From positions 32,001 to 96,000 of the forward strand of contig JBBIRK010000004.1 of the NCBI GenBank assembly GCA_037441845.1: a stretch of 64,000 nucleotides of DNA, read 5' to 3'. The notes under the pieces were generated by a model. It did no database searches and was not told the origin of the DNA. It was given only the letters and a program-made list of their open reading frames with translations. This document shows, in pieces, positions 1 through 8,521 of this stretch. The position numbers were made by a program, and so were the translations under genes. How positions within the stretch are numbered: position 1 is the stretch's first letter; every line of letters starts with the position of its first letter. The stretch comes from Candidatus Zixiibacteriota bacterium (lineage in GTDB: Bacteria; Zixibacteria; MSB-5A5; UBA10806; 4484-95).

Positions 1-204
1 TTCCGTCAAGGGTTCGGCCGTCTGATCCGCAAGAAGACCGATACCGGTTGTGTGGTCGTCCTCGACCAGCGGCTGGTTACCAGGGAGTATGGCAAGGTAT
101 TCGCTAAATCGTTGGTGCCTCCGCTGAAACCGTGCTCATCGCTTAATGAACTCGTGCTTACAGTAAAGTCTCAGCTTGAGAATAAGGCGCATTTCAGGTT
201 TTAA
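1..204 (+). CDS. 3' end of a DinG/YoaA-family helicase (partial, runs in from upstream)
   Basis: Frame 1 reads FRQGFGRLIRKKTDTGCVVVLDQRL..., matching DinG motif VI (QxxGRLIR...D.R); TAA at 202-204. Confidence 0.85.
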   Translation, partial: FRQGFGRLIRKKTDTGCVVVLDQRLVTREYGKVFAKSLVPPLKPCSSLNELVLTVKSQLENKAHFRF

Positions 205-351
205 CTTGATCGATCCTCGTTTCCGTTAATTCGTTACCGGGTAACAATTTTATCGGAAAAGTGCATAAGTCGCCGGTTTCTGCCGATACAATTTCAGGAG
301 AAAGGGCCGGTTCCGCGATCGCCGCGGCGGCCCCTGATGCGACTTCGCCAT

Positions 352-1818
352 ATGAACGAAAAAAATCAAATCGCGACAGCCGAATCGAAGCCGGCATTGG
401 CAAAAATTCTGCTTGTCGATGATGACGAAAACATTATCCGGGCCCTGCGCGAATGTTTTGCCGGATTCCGCTACGAGCTCGAAATCGCCCGCAACGGCCA
501 AGAAGCGCTGACCAAGGTATTCGAGGGCGAATACAATCTGGTCATGCTGGACGTGAATCTTCCCGACTTTTCCGGGATGGAAATTCTTCGCAAAATCAAG
601 GAGAAAATGCGGGAGCTGCCGGTGCTGGTGATGACCGGGTTCGTTTCGACCGACGCCGCGATAGAGGCGATGAAACTGGGCGCCCACGAATTCGTCACCA
701 AGCCGTTCGATATCGATCGGCTGATGGGGATCGTGAATCGATTGGTCAAGCGGACTCCGCCCATGCGGGGGCTGTCTTCGTTTTCGGTGGCTCCGCGGGC
801 GGTCGATGGCATCATTATCGGCCGCACACCCGAAATGATGGAGATCGCCAAGATAATCGGGCAGGTTGCGGCCACCGACGCCTCGGTGCTGATAATGGGC
901 GAATCGGGCACCGGCAAGGAGCTCGTGGCTAAGGCGATTTACGCCAATTCCCTCAGAAGCGATAAGCCTTTCCTTTCGGTGAATTGCGCCGCACTCCCGG
1001 AGACCTTGCTCGAATCGGAGTTGTTCGGCCACGAAAAAGGAGCTTTCACCGGCGCCTACACGCGCAAATTGGGGAAGTTCGAGCAGTGCAACGCCGGGAC
1101 GATATTCCTCGATGAGGTCGCCGACATGTCGCTATTGACCCAAAGCAAGGTGCTGCGGGTTCTGCAAGAACAGGAATTCGAACGGATCGGGGGCAATCAG
1201 ACGATAAAGGTGGACGTCCGGGTGATTGCGGCGACGAATAAATCGCTGGTGAATATGATTAAAGAAGGCACTTTCAGGGTGGATTTATACTATCGGTTGA
1301 AGGTGGTCTCGATCTATCTGCCGCCTTTGCGCGAGCGGCGCGCCGATATTCCGCTTCTGGTGGAACATTTCATTCATCAATACGCCCGGCAGACCAACCG
1401 TCAGATATTGAGCATCTCGAAAGAAGCGATGGAGGGGTTGATGCGCTGCCCTTGGCCGGGTAACGTTCGCGAGCTGGAGAACAATATCCACACCGCGGTG
1501 GTGATGTCCAAAGGGGAGACGCTTTTGCCCGAGCATTTTCCGGTGCTTTCGGGGGAATCGGAGAAAGTTGAGATCGATCTTTCCTCGATCGAGGAGGACT
1601 ACTGCAAGATGTTTTCGGAGATGATCGATCGCAATTTCGAGAAGATCGTGAACATATCCGGGGATCATATTTATCAGCATCTCAATTCGGCGCTCGAGAA
1701 GGCCATGATTTCGGCGGCGTTGAAATACACGCGGTCGAATCAAGTGCGTTCGGCGGAATTGCTCGGCATATCCCGCAACACCCTGCGCGATCGAATCGCC
1801 AAATATGGGTTGTATTGA
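352..1818 (+). CDS. Sigma-54-dependent response regulator (NtrC/AtoC family: REC-AAA+-Fis HTH)
   Basis: ILLVDDD receiver domain, GESGTGKE Walker A, ELFGHEKGAFTGA, IFLDEV, C-terminal AELLGISRNTL HTH; start at 337 or 352. Confidence 0.95.
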   Translation: MNEKNQIATAESKPALAKILLVDDDENIIRALRECFAGFRYELEIARNGQEALTKVFEGEYNLVMLDVNLPDFSGMEILRKIKEKMRELPVLVMTGFVSTDAAIEAMKLGAHEFVTKPFDIDRLMGIVNRLVKRTPPMRGLSSFSVAPRAVDGIIIGRTPEMMEIAKIIGQVAATDASVLIMGESGTGKELVAKAIYANSLRSDKPFLSVNCAALPETLLESELFGHEKGAFTGAYTRKLGKFEQCNAGTIFLDEVADMSLLTQSKVLRVLQEQEFERIGGNQTIKVDVRVIAATNKSLVNMIKEGTFRVDLYYRLKVVSIYLPPLRERRADIPLLVEHFIHQYARQTNRQILSISKEAMEGLMRCPWPGNVRELENNIHTAVVMSKGETLLPEHFPVLSGESEKVEIDLSSIEEDYCKMFSEMIDRNFEKIVNISGDHIYQHLNSALEKAMISAALKYTRSNQVRSAELLGISRNTLRDRIAKYGLY

Positions 1819-1916
1819 ATTGGCGGATTATTGCTTGCCTAAGCATTAAGGTGAAATACGATTTTTCTGTTTTCCTGATTCCGAAAATGATATATGATAT
1901 AATAGGAGGCATAAGC

Positions 1917-3095
1917 ATGGCTGGTAAAAAGCACATTAACGCACTTTATTACATCACGCATATTGATAATATTGAATCAATAATAAGGTACGGTATTTTG
2001 TCTCACGAAGAAGTCGAAAATAATAAAGATATTAAATATACACCTATCTACGATGAGAATATTATAGGCCGCAGGCGGCTAAAAGAGATTTCCCCTAACG
2101 TTACATTGTTGAAATATGCTAATTTATATTTCAAACCTAGGAACGCCATGCTTTATAGGGTTGTTTGTGAAAAGACTCCCGATAAAATTGCCATAATAGC
2201 ATTAAATCCGACAATTCTCGAAAACGAACAAGCCATGATTACCGACGGCAATGCGGCAAACGATATAAAGAAAATCATGCCCATATCGCAAGGAAGCTCA
2301 ATAATTGATGAAATTGAGAAATTGTTTAAGAAGCAATATTGGAACGATTTTGACGATTCGAAAAGGAAAATGATGGCGGAGCTTTTGGTCCCGAATAAAG
2401 TAGATAGTAAATATATAAATACAATTTATGTGGCTAATGAAGAAGTGGCCCAAATATTAATAGGAAAATTGCGTAGTCTATCCAGAAATAGCATAATCAT
2501 TGAACCCGATATGTTTTTTCAACCTCGAAAGGTTTTTCCGTTGACAATGAATTTGAATTTGGTTCAAGGAGATATGTTTTTTTCTGAGTTGCAAACGCTT
2601 ACGGTCAGCGTTAATATTCGAGGGGTGATGGGTAAGGGATTAGCCTCAAGGGCTAAATATCAATTCCCCGATGTGTATGTCAAGTATCAAGACGCTTGCC
2701 GCAAAAAACAATTAAGAATGGGTGTGCCGTTCTTATACAGAAGGGAAAAGTCGATAGAAGCTGAACTTGCCGATGAGCCTCGGGCATTAAATGGATCGAA
2801 TAATAATAAATGGTTTCTTCTTTTTGCCACCAAAGACGATTGGCGTCAGCCTGCTAACTTGAAAGCAATAGAAGAAGGTCTCAATTGGATACTAAACAAT
2901 TATGAGAAGGAAGGAATAAAATCACTGGCTGTGCCAGCGCTTGGCTGTGGTTTGGGCAGATTGCAGTGGAAACAGGTTGGGCCAATAATTTGCAGAATAT
3001 TGAGTCAGCTTGATATTCAAGTATCAATTTATTTGCCGGCAGAGGGGAGCCTCGAAGAAAAATATTTAACGAGCGAATTTTTGCTTGGCAATTGA
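1917..3095 (+). CDS. Fused DarT (DUF4433 DNA ADP-ribosyltransferase)-DarG-type macrodomain protein
   Basis: N-half LYYITHIDN..SI...GILS, YANLYFKPRNAMLY, TDGNAA, KMMAELLV; C-half GDMF...VNxxGVMGKGLA, LFATKDDWR, SLAVPALGCGLGRLQW. AGGAGG SD at 1904-1909 precedes ATG 1917; visibly AT-rich. Confidence 0.88.
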   Translation: MAGKKHINALYYITHIDNIESIIRYGILSHEEVENNKDIKYTPIYDENIIGRRRLKEISPNVTLLKYANLYFKPRNAMLYRVVCEKTPDKIAIIALNPTILENEQAMITDGNAANDIKKIMPISQGSSIIDEIEKLFKKQYWNDFDDSKRKMMAELLVPNKVDSKYINTIYVANEEVAQILIGKLRSLSRNSIIIEPDMFFQPRKVFPLTMNLNLVQGDMFFSELQTLTVSVNIRGVMGKGLASRAKYQFPDVYVKYQDACRKKQLRMGVPFLYRREKSIEAELADEPRALNGSNNNKWFLLFATKDDWRQPANLKAIEEGLNWILNNYEKEGIKSLAVPALGCGLGRLQWKQVGPIICRILSQLDIQVSIYLPAEGSLEEKYLTSEFLLGN

Positions 3096-3141
3096 TTTTT
3101 TTGCCGATCATCGATAGAGTTCGGCCATCTCATTTCTCCCT

Positions 3142-3170
3142 TTGACATCTTCTGTTTTCGATGCTAATAT
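3142..3170 (+). promoter_or_regulatory. Sigma-70 promoter, leaderless arrangement
   Basis: TTGACA-17 nt-TAATAT with TGn extension; ATG follows 5 nt later at 3176, no SD. Confidence 0.65.
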
Positions 3171-3175
3171 GCGGC

Positions 3176-5005
3176 ATGAAAAAAATTATACTTATCTGGA
3201 TTATGGCGGCAACCGCCGCCATGGCGCAGGATACGACCGAGAATGCGCTTAGCCGACTCGACAAGGGCTTGGCGGACGCCCTCGCCGGACTTTATATGAC
3301 GCCCGCGGATCTTTCGCTCAGAGACGACTATCTCGAAAAAGACGGATTCCGAATGGCTATAGTCGATCGCTATTTGAAATCACCGTTGGAAATGATCGGG
3401 TTCGCCTCGAACTTGAGTGATTCGGCGATCGAACAACTGATGTTCCAGCTCTTTCGGGAATCGCCGTTCCCGGCCGCGATCAAGCCACGGCCGTTCGTGA
3501 TGACCCCGCCGGAGAGCACGGTCGCCGATTATTGTGACATAAGCGGAATCGATTACGGGACGCTTTATCGGCTCGCTTATTTTATCCAAAAGGAAACCAG
3601 ACTTCGCGAAAATTTGGCCCCTCTGGAAGAAAAAGGGCCGGCCTTGGATTCGATCATATTCGGCCTGACGATATTGTTGGAAGAAGACGTAAATGACGAA
3701 TTCCGCGGTATCGACGAGCTCGATTCGATTCAGCGTTACGAGGAAGATTGGACCAAGAAACTTGTCGATTTGCTCGGCTTAGTGGATGCCGAGGCGCCGG
3801 CTGTCGCCTGTCTCGAATTTTTGGGTTTCGCCGACGATTCTATTTTGAATCCCGATTCGTCACCGATATATAGCGGCGGATATTTGGAGTTTTCGACGCC
3901 ATACGGCAAAATCTGCGTGGGGGATACCGCCTCGCAATTTTATTTCGGCGACCTGTTCATGGTGATCGATTATGGCGGCGACGACACTTATCAGATTCAG
4001 CGGGAAGGCGGCCGAAAGTCGGTGTATATTCTGGATTACGGCGGCGATGACACTTACGATTTCGAACGATCGAGAATTTCGCCGTTTGCGCTGGGGATGA
4101 ATATCGTGGCCGATTTCTCCGGCGACGATATCTACTCCGGCGGGTCATGGTGTCTGGGCGCCGGACTCTTGGGCGGAGGTATTCTCTGGGATAAAAATGG
4201 TGACGATCGCTATTTCGGCGACACTTTCACTATGGGCGCCGGCTGTCTGGGATTTGGAATTTTGCGCGATGACGGCGGCAACGATACCTATCAGGCGGCG
4301 CTGTTTTCACAGGGATTCGGATTCGTAGCCGGAGCCGGTGCGCTACACGATCGCGACGGCAACGACCGCTATTTCGCCGGCGGCAAGTATAAAGATATTC
4401 TTCGCTATTCGGATCACTACCTGTCGTTGTCTCAGGGATTCGGTTATGGGATAAGGCCGTATCTCTCCGGCGGCGCGGGATTTCTCGTCGATGACGGCGG
4501 CAACGACGTTTACGAATCGGATATTTTCGCGCAAGGGTGCTCTTATTGGTGGTCGCTGGGCGTGCTTTCCGATAAAACCGGCCACGATAAATATCTGTCA
4601 TATCAATACGCTCAGGGGTGTGCCACGCACATGACGTTAGGTTGCCTTTACGATGGCTCGGGCAACGATCTGTATTTCGGCAAGGGCTTGATGCAGGGAT
4701 GCGGCCACGATCGCTCATTCGCCGCGCTTTTGGATGCCGAAGGCGATGACAATTACGTTGCCTATGATTTGTCGCAGGGTGCGGGTTCGGCCAACGGCAA
4801 CGGGCTGCTGGCCGATCTCGAAGGCAATGACGCCTATGTGGTGAAAGACACCAAGAACACACAAGGTTATGGAAACGAGCGGCGTGATTACGGATCTATC
4901 GGAATAATGATCGATTTGGGAGGGCGCGATTCATATGCCGGCGGCCAGGGGGCGGATTCGACCTGGTGGAGCAAAGCCGCCTGGGGAATCGGGATAGATA
5001 GGTAG
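3176..5005 (+). CDS. Secreted hypothetical protein with 12 DxxG[DN]DxY repeats
   Basis: Signal peptide MKKIILIWIMAATAAMA; C-terminal half has 12 hhhDxxG[DN]DxY...QGxG repeats. Confidence 0.8.
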   Translation: MKKIILIWIMAATAAMAQDTTENALSRLDKGLADALAGLYMTPADLSLRDDYLEKDGFRMAIVDRYLKSPLEMIGFASNLSDSAIEQLMFQLFRESPFPAAIKPRPFVMTPPESTVADYCDISGIDYGTLYRLAYFIQKETRLRENLAPLEEKGPALDSIIFGLTILLEEDVNDEFRGIDELDSIQRYEEDWTKKLVDLLGLVDAEAPAVACLEFLGFADDSILNPDSSPIYSGGYLEFSTPYGKICVGDTASQFYFGDLFMVIDYGGDDTYQIQREGGRKSVYILDYGGDDTYDFERSRISPFALGMNIVADFSGDDIYSGGSWCLGAGLLGGGILWDKNGDDRYFGDTFTMGAGCLGFGILRDDGGNDTYQAALFSQGFGFVAGAGALHDRDGNDRYFAGGKYKDILRYSDHYLSLSQGFGYGIRPYLSGGAGFLVDDGGNDVYESDIFAQGCSYWWSLGVLSDKTGHDKYLSYQYAQGCATHMTLGCLYDGSGNDLYFGKGLMQGCGHDRSFAALLDAEGDDNYVAYDLSQGAGSANGNGLLADLEGNDAYVVKDTKNTQGYGNERRDYGSIGIMIDLGGRDSYAGGQGADSTWWSKAAWGIGIDR

Positions 5006-5013
5006 GCGGATAT

Positions 5014-5955
5014 ATGTCGAACAGAACATTTATCGGCGCGATACTGTTTTCAATCGTGATCGGATGTGCCGCTGTCGCGGAGGAGAGCAGTTCGATGCCG
5101 CCGGATTCCATCGGTAGGATAGTCGATTCGCTGTTTATACGGGCTTCCTCGGGTGAAATAAGGTTTCAATCCGAAGTGGAACCATCGAGGAAAGCCTTGA
5201 TAGCCTTAAGCGTCAAAGCCGTGCCTCGGCTTTTGACCAAGCTCGGTTCGAGAGATGCCCGCGAGATGCTCGAACTCACCGAGATATTCAAGGGGATAGG
5301 CGAAGCCGCAGTCGATTCGCTGGTGACGGTGCTGAAAAGCGACGATGGCTTTACCCGAAGGCTGGCTATCCGATGTCTGGGCGAAATAAAAAGCGAAAAA
5401 GCGATCTGGTCGCTGCAGGCGATGGCTCAGCATCGGGATTTCCGCACTCGGGTGGAGACGATGACGGCGTTCGGCAATATCGGAAGCCCGACCGCCGCCG
5501 CGGCCGTGCAGGCCGGTTTGCGCGATTCGATTGAATTGGTGGCTACGGCCGCCGCCGCAGCTTGCGGAAAGATAAAAAAGGATATCGATCCCAATGCTCT
5601 TCTTGCCGTATTCACTCACCCCTATTACGGCGTGCGCTACGCCGCGGCGCGCTCGCTTTCGCTTATGGGGGAATCGGTAATCGTCCCGGTGGAGGCCTTC
5701 ATCGATTCGTGCGCTGACCTCAACGCCAAATGTTTCGCTCTGCTTTCTCTCGGCATAAACGGTTCGGAGAAAAGCGTGAGGGTGCTTGGCCGATATGCCG
5801 CAAGCGAGAGCTGGCAGATACGGGCGGCGGCGGCTGATGCGCTCGGCAAGATCAATGCCAGCAAGGCGGAAGCGATCTTGAAAAAAATGGTAGTCAATGA
5901 AAAGCATCCACTGGTGATGGCGAGGGCGAAAGCTTCACTTACCAACCTGGATTGA
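5014..5955 (+). CDS. HEAT/PBS-lyase-like repeat protein with signal peptide
   Basis: Repeats RRLAIRCLGEI, VRYAAARSLSLM, IRAAAADALGKI; hydrophobic N-terminus ending IVIGC. Confidence 0.8.
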   Translation: MSNRTFIGAILFSIVIGCAAVAEESSSMPPDSIGRIVDSLFIRASSGEIRFQSEVEPSRKALIALSVKAVPRLLTKLGSRDAREMLELTEIFKGIGEAAVDSLVTVLKSDDGFTRRLAIRCLGEIKSEKAIWSLQAMAQHRDFRTRVETMTAFGNIGSPTAAAAVQAGLRDSIELVATAAAAACGKIKKDIDPNALLAVFTHPYYGVRYAAARSLSLMGESVIVPVEAFIDSCADLNAKCFALLSLGINGSEKSVRVLGRYAASESWQIRAAAADALGKINASKAEAILKKMVVNEKHPLVMARAKASLTNLD

Positions 5956-7172
5956 CGATGGCATCCGATTCGCGTTTTGACCTATATTTTCCGGCGACTC
6001 CCAAAAGAGACTCCCGAAAACGACCGAGCGAAGTCCCGAGGCTGGGCTATTTGCGCGAAACCGATGCGGGAAAAGTGTGGGTGGTGGAATGGAGTATTCC
6101 CGAGGGTGCCAAACACGGCGGAAGCGAAATCCGCAGAGTAAAATCGATAAATCCCTTGATTGACACATCGCTGGATAAGTTCAATCCGGCGGCTGCGGTG
6201 GTGTTAGATACCGAAACCACCGGGCTTGCGGGGGGCACCGGCACTTATGCGTTCATAATCGGAGCCGGTTTCTGGGTGAAGAACACGCTGGTCGTGCGCC
6301 AGTATTTGATGCGGGATTTCAATGAGGAGCCGGCCCAGCTTACGGCATTCGCAGAGGATTGCCGAAAGCAGTTGATTTCTTTCAACGGCAAATGTTTCGA
6401 TTTTCCTTTGCTGGCCAATCGCTATAAGATAAATCGCATGAAGTTTCCGCTGGATTCGACAAATCATCTGGATATGCTTTTTTGCAGCCGGCGGATTTGG
6501 AAAAGGCATTGCGACTCTTTCCGACTCGGGGACCTCGAGAAGCGGATATTGGGATTCGCCAGAACCGACGACGTGCCGTCGCATCTGATACCATCAATAT
6601 TTTTCGATTACCTTCAGAACCGAGACGAAAGGATGCTTTATCCGATCCTGAATCATAACCGTGATGATATCCTCAGTCTCCATCAGTTGACTATCGCCGC
6701 ATCGCAAACCATAAGCGACCAGCTCGAGAAGGGCGGCAACGACGACGATCTGGTGCTTTCGATCGCCGAAATATCGTTTATGTCGGGCAGAATGAAGGAG
6801 GCTTTGGATCTACTCGGCCGGATAAATGGTTCGTACGCCTCTTCGCCCACTTTGATACAGGCCTTGAAAATCAAGGCGCATATTTTGAAAAAGTTCCGCC
6901 GCTGGGAAGAAGCGCTCGATACCTACATGCGGCTGGCCGATATGGATAGTGAAATTTCGGCATTGGTCGAATCGGCCAAACTCTGCGAGCATCGGCTTAA
7001 AAATCCCGCCAAGGCTTTGGAATTGGTTCGCCGCGCCGAGATCGCGATCGAGATCGAGGAATACTGTCGCGGCGAAAGAACGTTCGCCGATCAGCTTGAT
7101 CATCGCAAAGGGCGGCTGTTAAAAAAACTTGCGCGAAGAAAAAAACCGGGAATAGGTCTTTCGACCGCTTAA
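5952..7172 (+). CDS. YprB/MrfB-like RNase H-fold exonuclease with C-terminal TPR
   Basis: LDTETTGLAGGTGT, SFNGKCFDFP, HNRDDILSL, and the C-terminal AKLCEHRLK TPR typical of this family. Confidence 0.85.
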   Translation: MTMASDSRFDLYFPATPKRDSRKRPSEVPRLGYLRETDAGKVWVVEWSIPEGAKHGGSEIRRVKSINPLIDTSLDKFNPAAAVVLDTETTGLAGGTGTYAFIIGAGFWVKNTLVVRQYLMRDFNEEPAQLTAFAEDCRKQLISFNGKCFDFPLLANRYKINRMKFPLDSTNHLDMLFCSRRIWKRHCDSFRLGDLEKRILGFARTDDVPSHLIPSIFFDYLQNRDERMLYPILNHNRDDILSLHQLTIAASQTISDQLEKGGNDDDLVLSIAEISFMSGRMKEALDLLGRINGSYASSPTLIQALKIKAHILKKFRRWEEALDTYMRLADMDSEISALVESAKLCEHRLKNPAKALELVRRAEIAIEIEEYCRGERTFADQLDHRKGRLLKKLARRKKPGIGLSTA

Positions 7173-7195
7173 TAACGCCGTTTTTTATCCGATAA
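7169..7195 (+). promoter_or_regulatory. Possible sigma-28-like promoter
   Basis: TTAA-15 nt-TCCGATAA compared with consensus TAAA-N15-GCCGATAA, upstream of the HDOD gene. Confidence 0.3.
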
Positions 7196-7207
7196 TAAGA
7201 CCATAGC

Positions 7208-8446
7208 ATGATTCCCGATTCGATAGCCAAGAAAGCGGAGCGGTTCACCGATATTCACAGTCTGCCGCAAGTGTTGACGGCGATACTGCGGGAGATCGAC
7301 GATGATGAGCGTTCCCTTGATTCGCTGGCGCGGGTGATTTCGCGGGATATCGCGCTCACGGCGAAAATGCTGCGCATGGCGAATTCCGCGTTTTACCGCC
7401 GCCAAAACGAAGTTCGGACGATAGCGGAATGTATGAATATAATGGGCACGCGGGCGGTCAAAGCGCTGGCGCTTTCGGTTACGATTTTCGACATTACAAG
7501 CGGCGCTAAATCGCCCGGTTTGATCGATCTGCGCGAATTCTGGAGACACAATCTCGAAGTCGCCGTTATCGGCGCAGACCTGGCATCGTTGTTTTCAGCC
7601 GGCCGAAGCGAGGAGGTTTTCGCCTGCGGCCTGCTCCATGACCTGGGGATACTGTTTTTTCTCGAGATGTTTCCCGAAAATTACGAGCGGGTTCTACGCG
7701 AAATCGGGCCGGGAAATTTTCTGGAAAAGGAAGAGGAAATTCTGGGCGCCGACCATTGCCGGGTGGGGGCTTTCATAGCCAGAAACTGGGGATTGCCGGA
7801 TATTTTCGCTGAATCGATAGAATATCATCACGACCATAGCGTCGACCCTAACGGAATCGAACGGCCGGAAGTAAGACATTTGGTTAACGCCGCCCACAGA
7901 CTGGCCGGAAACTGGATAGACTCCCGGGGCCTCCAATCCGCGTCGGAGGTGAAAAACAAGAATGATTTTCTGGCTTCGCTCGGGATCAGGGAACTGGATG
8001 CCGATTTCGTCGGCGAATCGAAAAACCGGGCGCTGGCGATGGCGGGATTTCTCGATATCGATATCGGAGATCCTTTGGCGCTGCTGGGAAAAATCAACCG
8101 GGAATTGAGCAAAATCTACGCGGATTACGAGAAATTGATTGTCGAGAACGACCGGTTGAAAGCCCGACTCGAAACGCTTTCGCCATCGACAATGATCTCA
8201 GGACACGATTCCGCATTCTTGGTAATTAAGGAACTATTGGATAATCTCAAAGTGACCATACGCGAAAACATAGCCTCCCTGGATAGTATGGTGGAGGATT
8301 CGATTCTTCATCGGCAGCTTGCTCTCATTCTCGGCCGCCTCGAATCGATAACCTCGGGTATAGCCGAAATCTGTGAGAGGGAGCGGGCCGCATCTGTGAT
8401 TCCGACGACGGAAAATCCACCTTTAATTATCAGCGGCTTGAAATAA
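7208..8446 (+). CDS. HDOD domain protein with C-terminal coiled coil
   Basis: SLPQV, DIALTAKMLRMANSAFY, FWRHNL, GLLHDLG, GADHCRVG, WGLP. Confidence 0.9.
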   Translation: MIPDSIAKKAERFTDIHSLPQVLTAILREIDDDERSLDSLARVISRDIALTAKMLRMANSAFYRRQNEVRTIAECMNIMGTRAVKALALSVTIFDITSGAKSPGLIDLREFWRHNLEVAVIGADLASLFSAGRSEEVFACGLLHDLGILFFLEMFPENYERVLREIGPGNFLEKEEEILGADHCRVGAFIARNWGLPDIFAESIEYHHDHSVDPNGIERPEVRHLVNAAHRLAGNWIDSRGLQSASEVKNKNDFLASLGIRELDADFVGESKNRALAMAGFLDIDIGDPLALLGKINRELSKIYADYEKLIVENDRLKARLETLSPSTMISGHDSAFLVIKELLDNLKVTIRENIASLDSMVEDSILHRQLALILGRLESITSGIAEICERERAASVIPTTENPPLIISGLK

Positions 8447-8447
8447 T

Positions 8448-8484
8448 AAAAAACCCGCGGCCGCGATCATGCGGTCAAGCGGGC
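8448..8484 (-). terminator. Probable intrinsic terminator between convergent genes
   Basis: A-run followed by imperfect CCCGC...GCGGG stem, giving a U-tail on the minus strand. Confidence 0.45.
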
Positions 8485-8521
8485 ATAACATGTCGAATCA
8501 GTCATCGAACCGAATACCGGG

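Noticed and set aside
1821..1836. Sigma-54-like TGGC...TTGC upstream of the DarT fusion
   Set aside because: GG-to-GC spacing is 9 nt rather than the required 10.
1815..1916. N-terminal extension of the DarT-macro ORF in the ORF track
   Set aside because: A strong AGGAGG precedes ATG 1917 and DarT similarity begins just after it.
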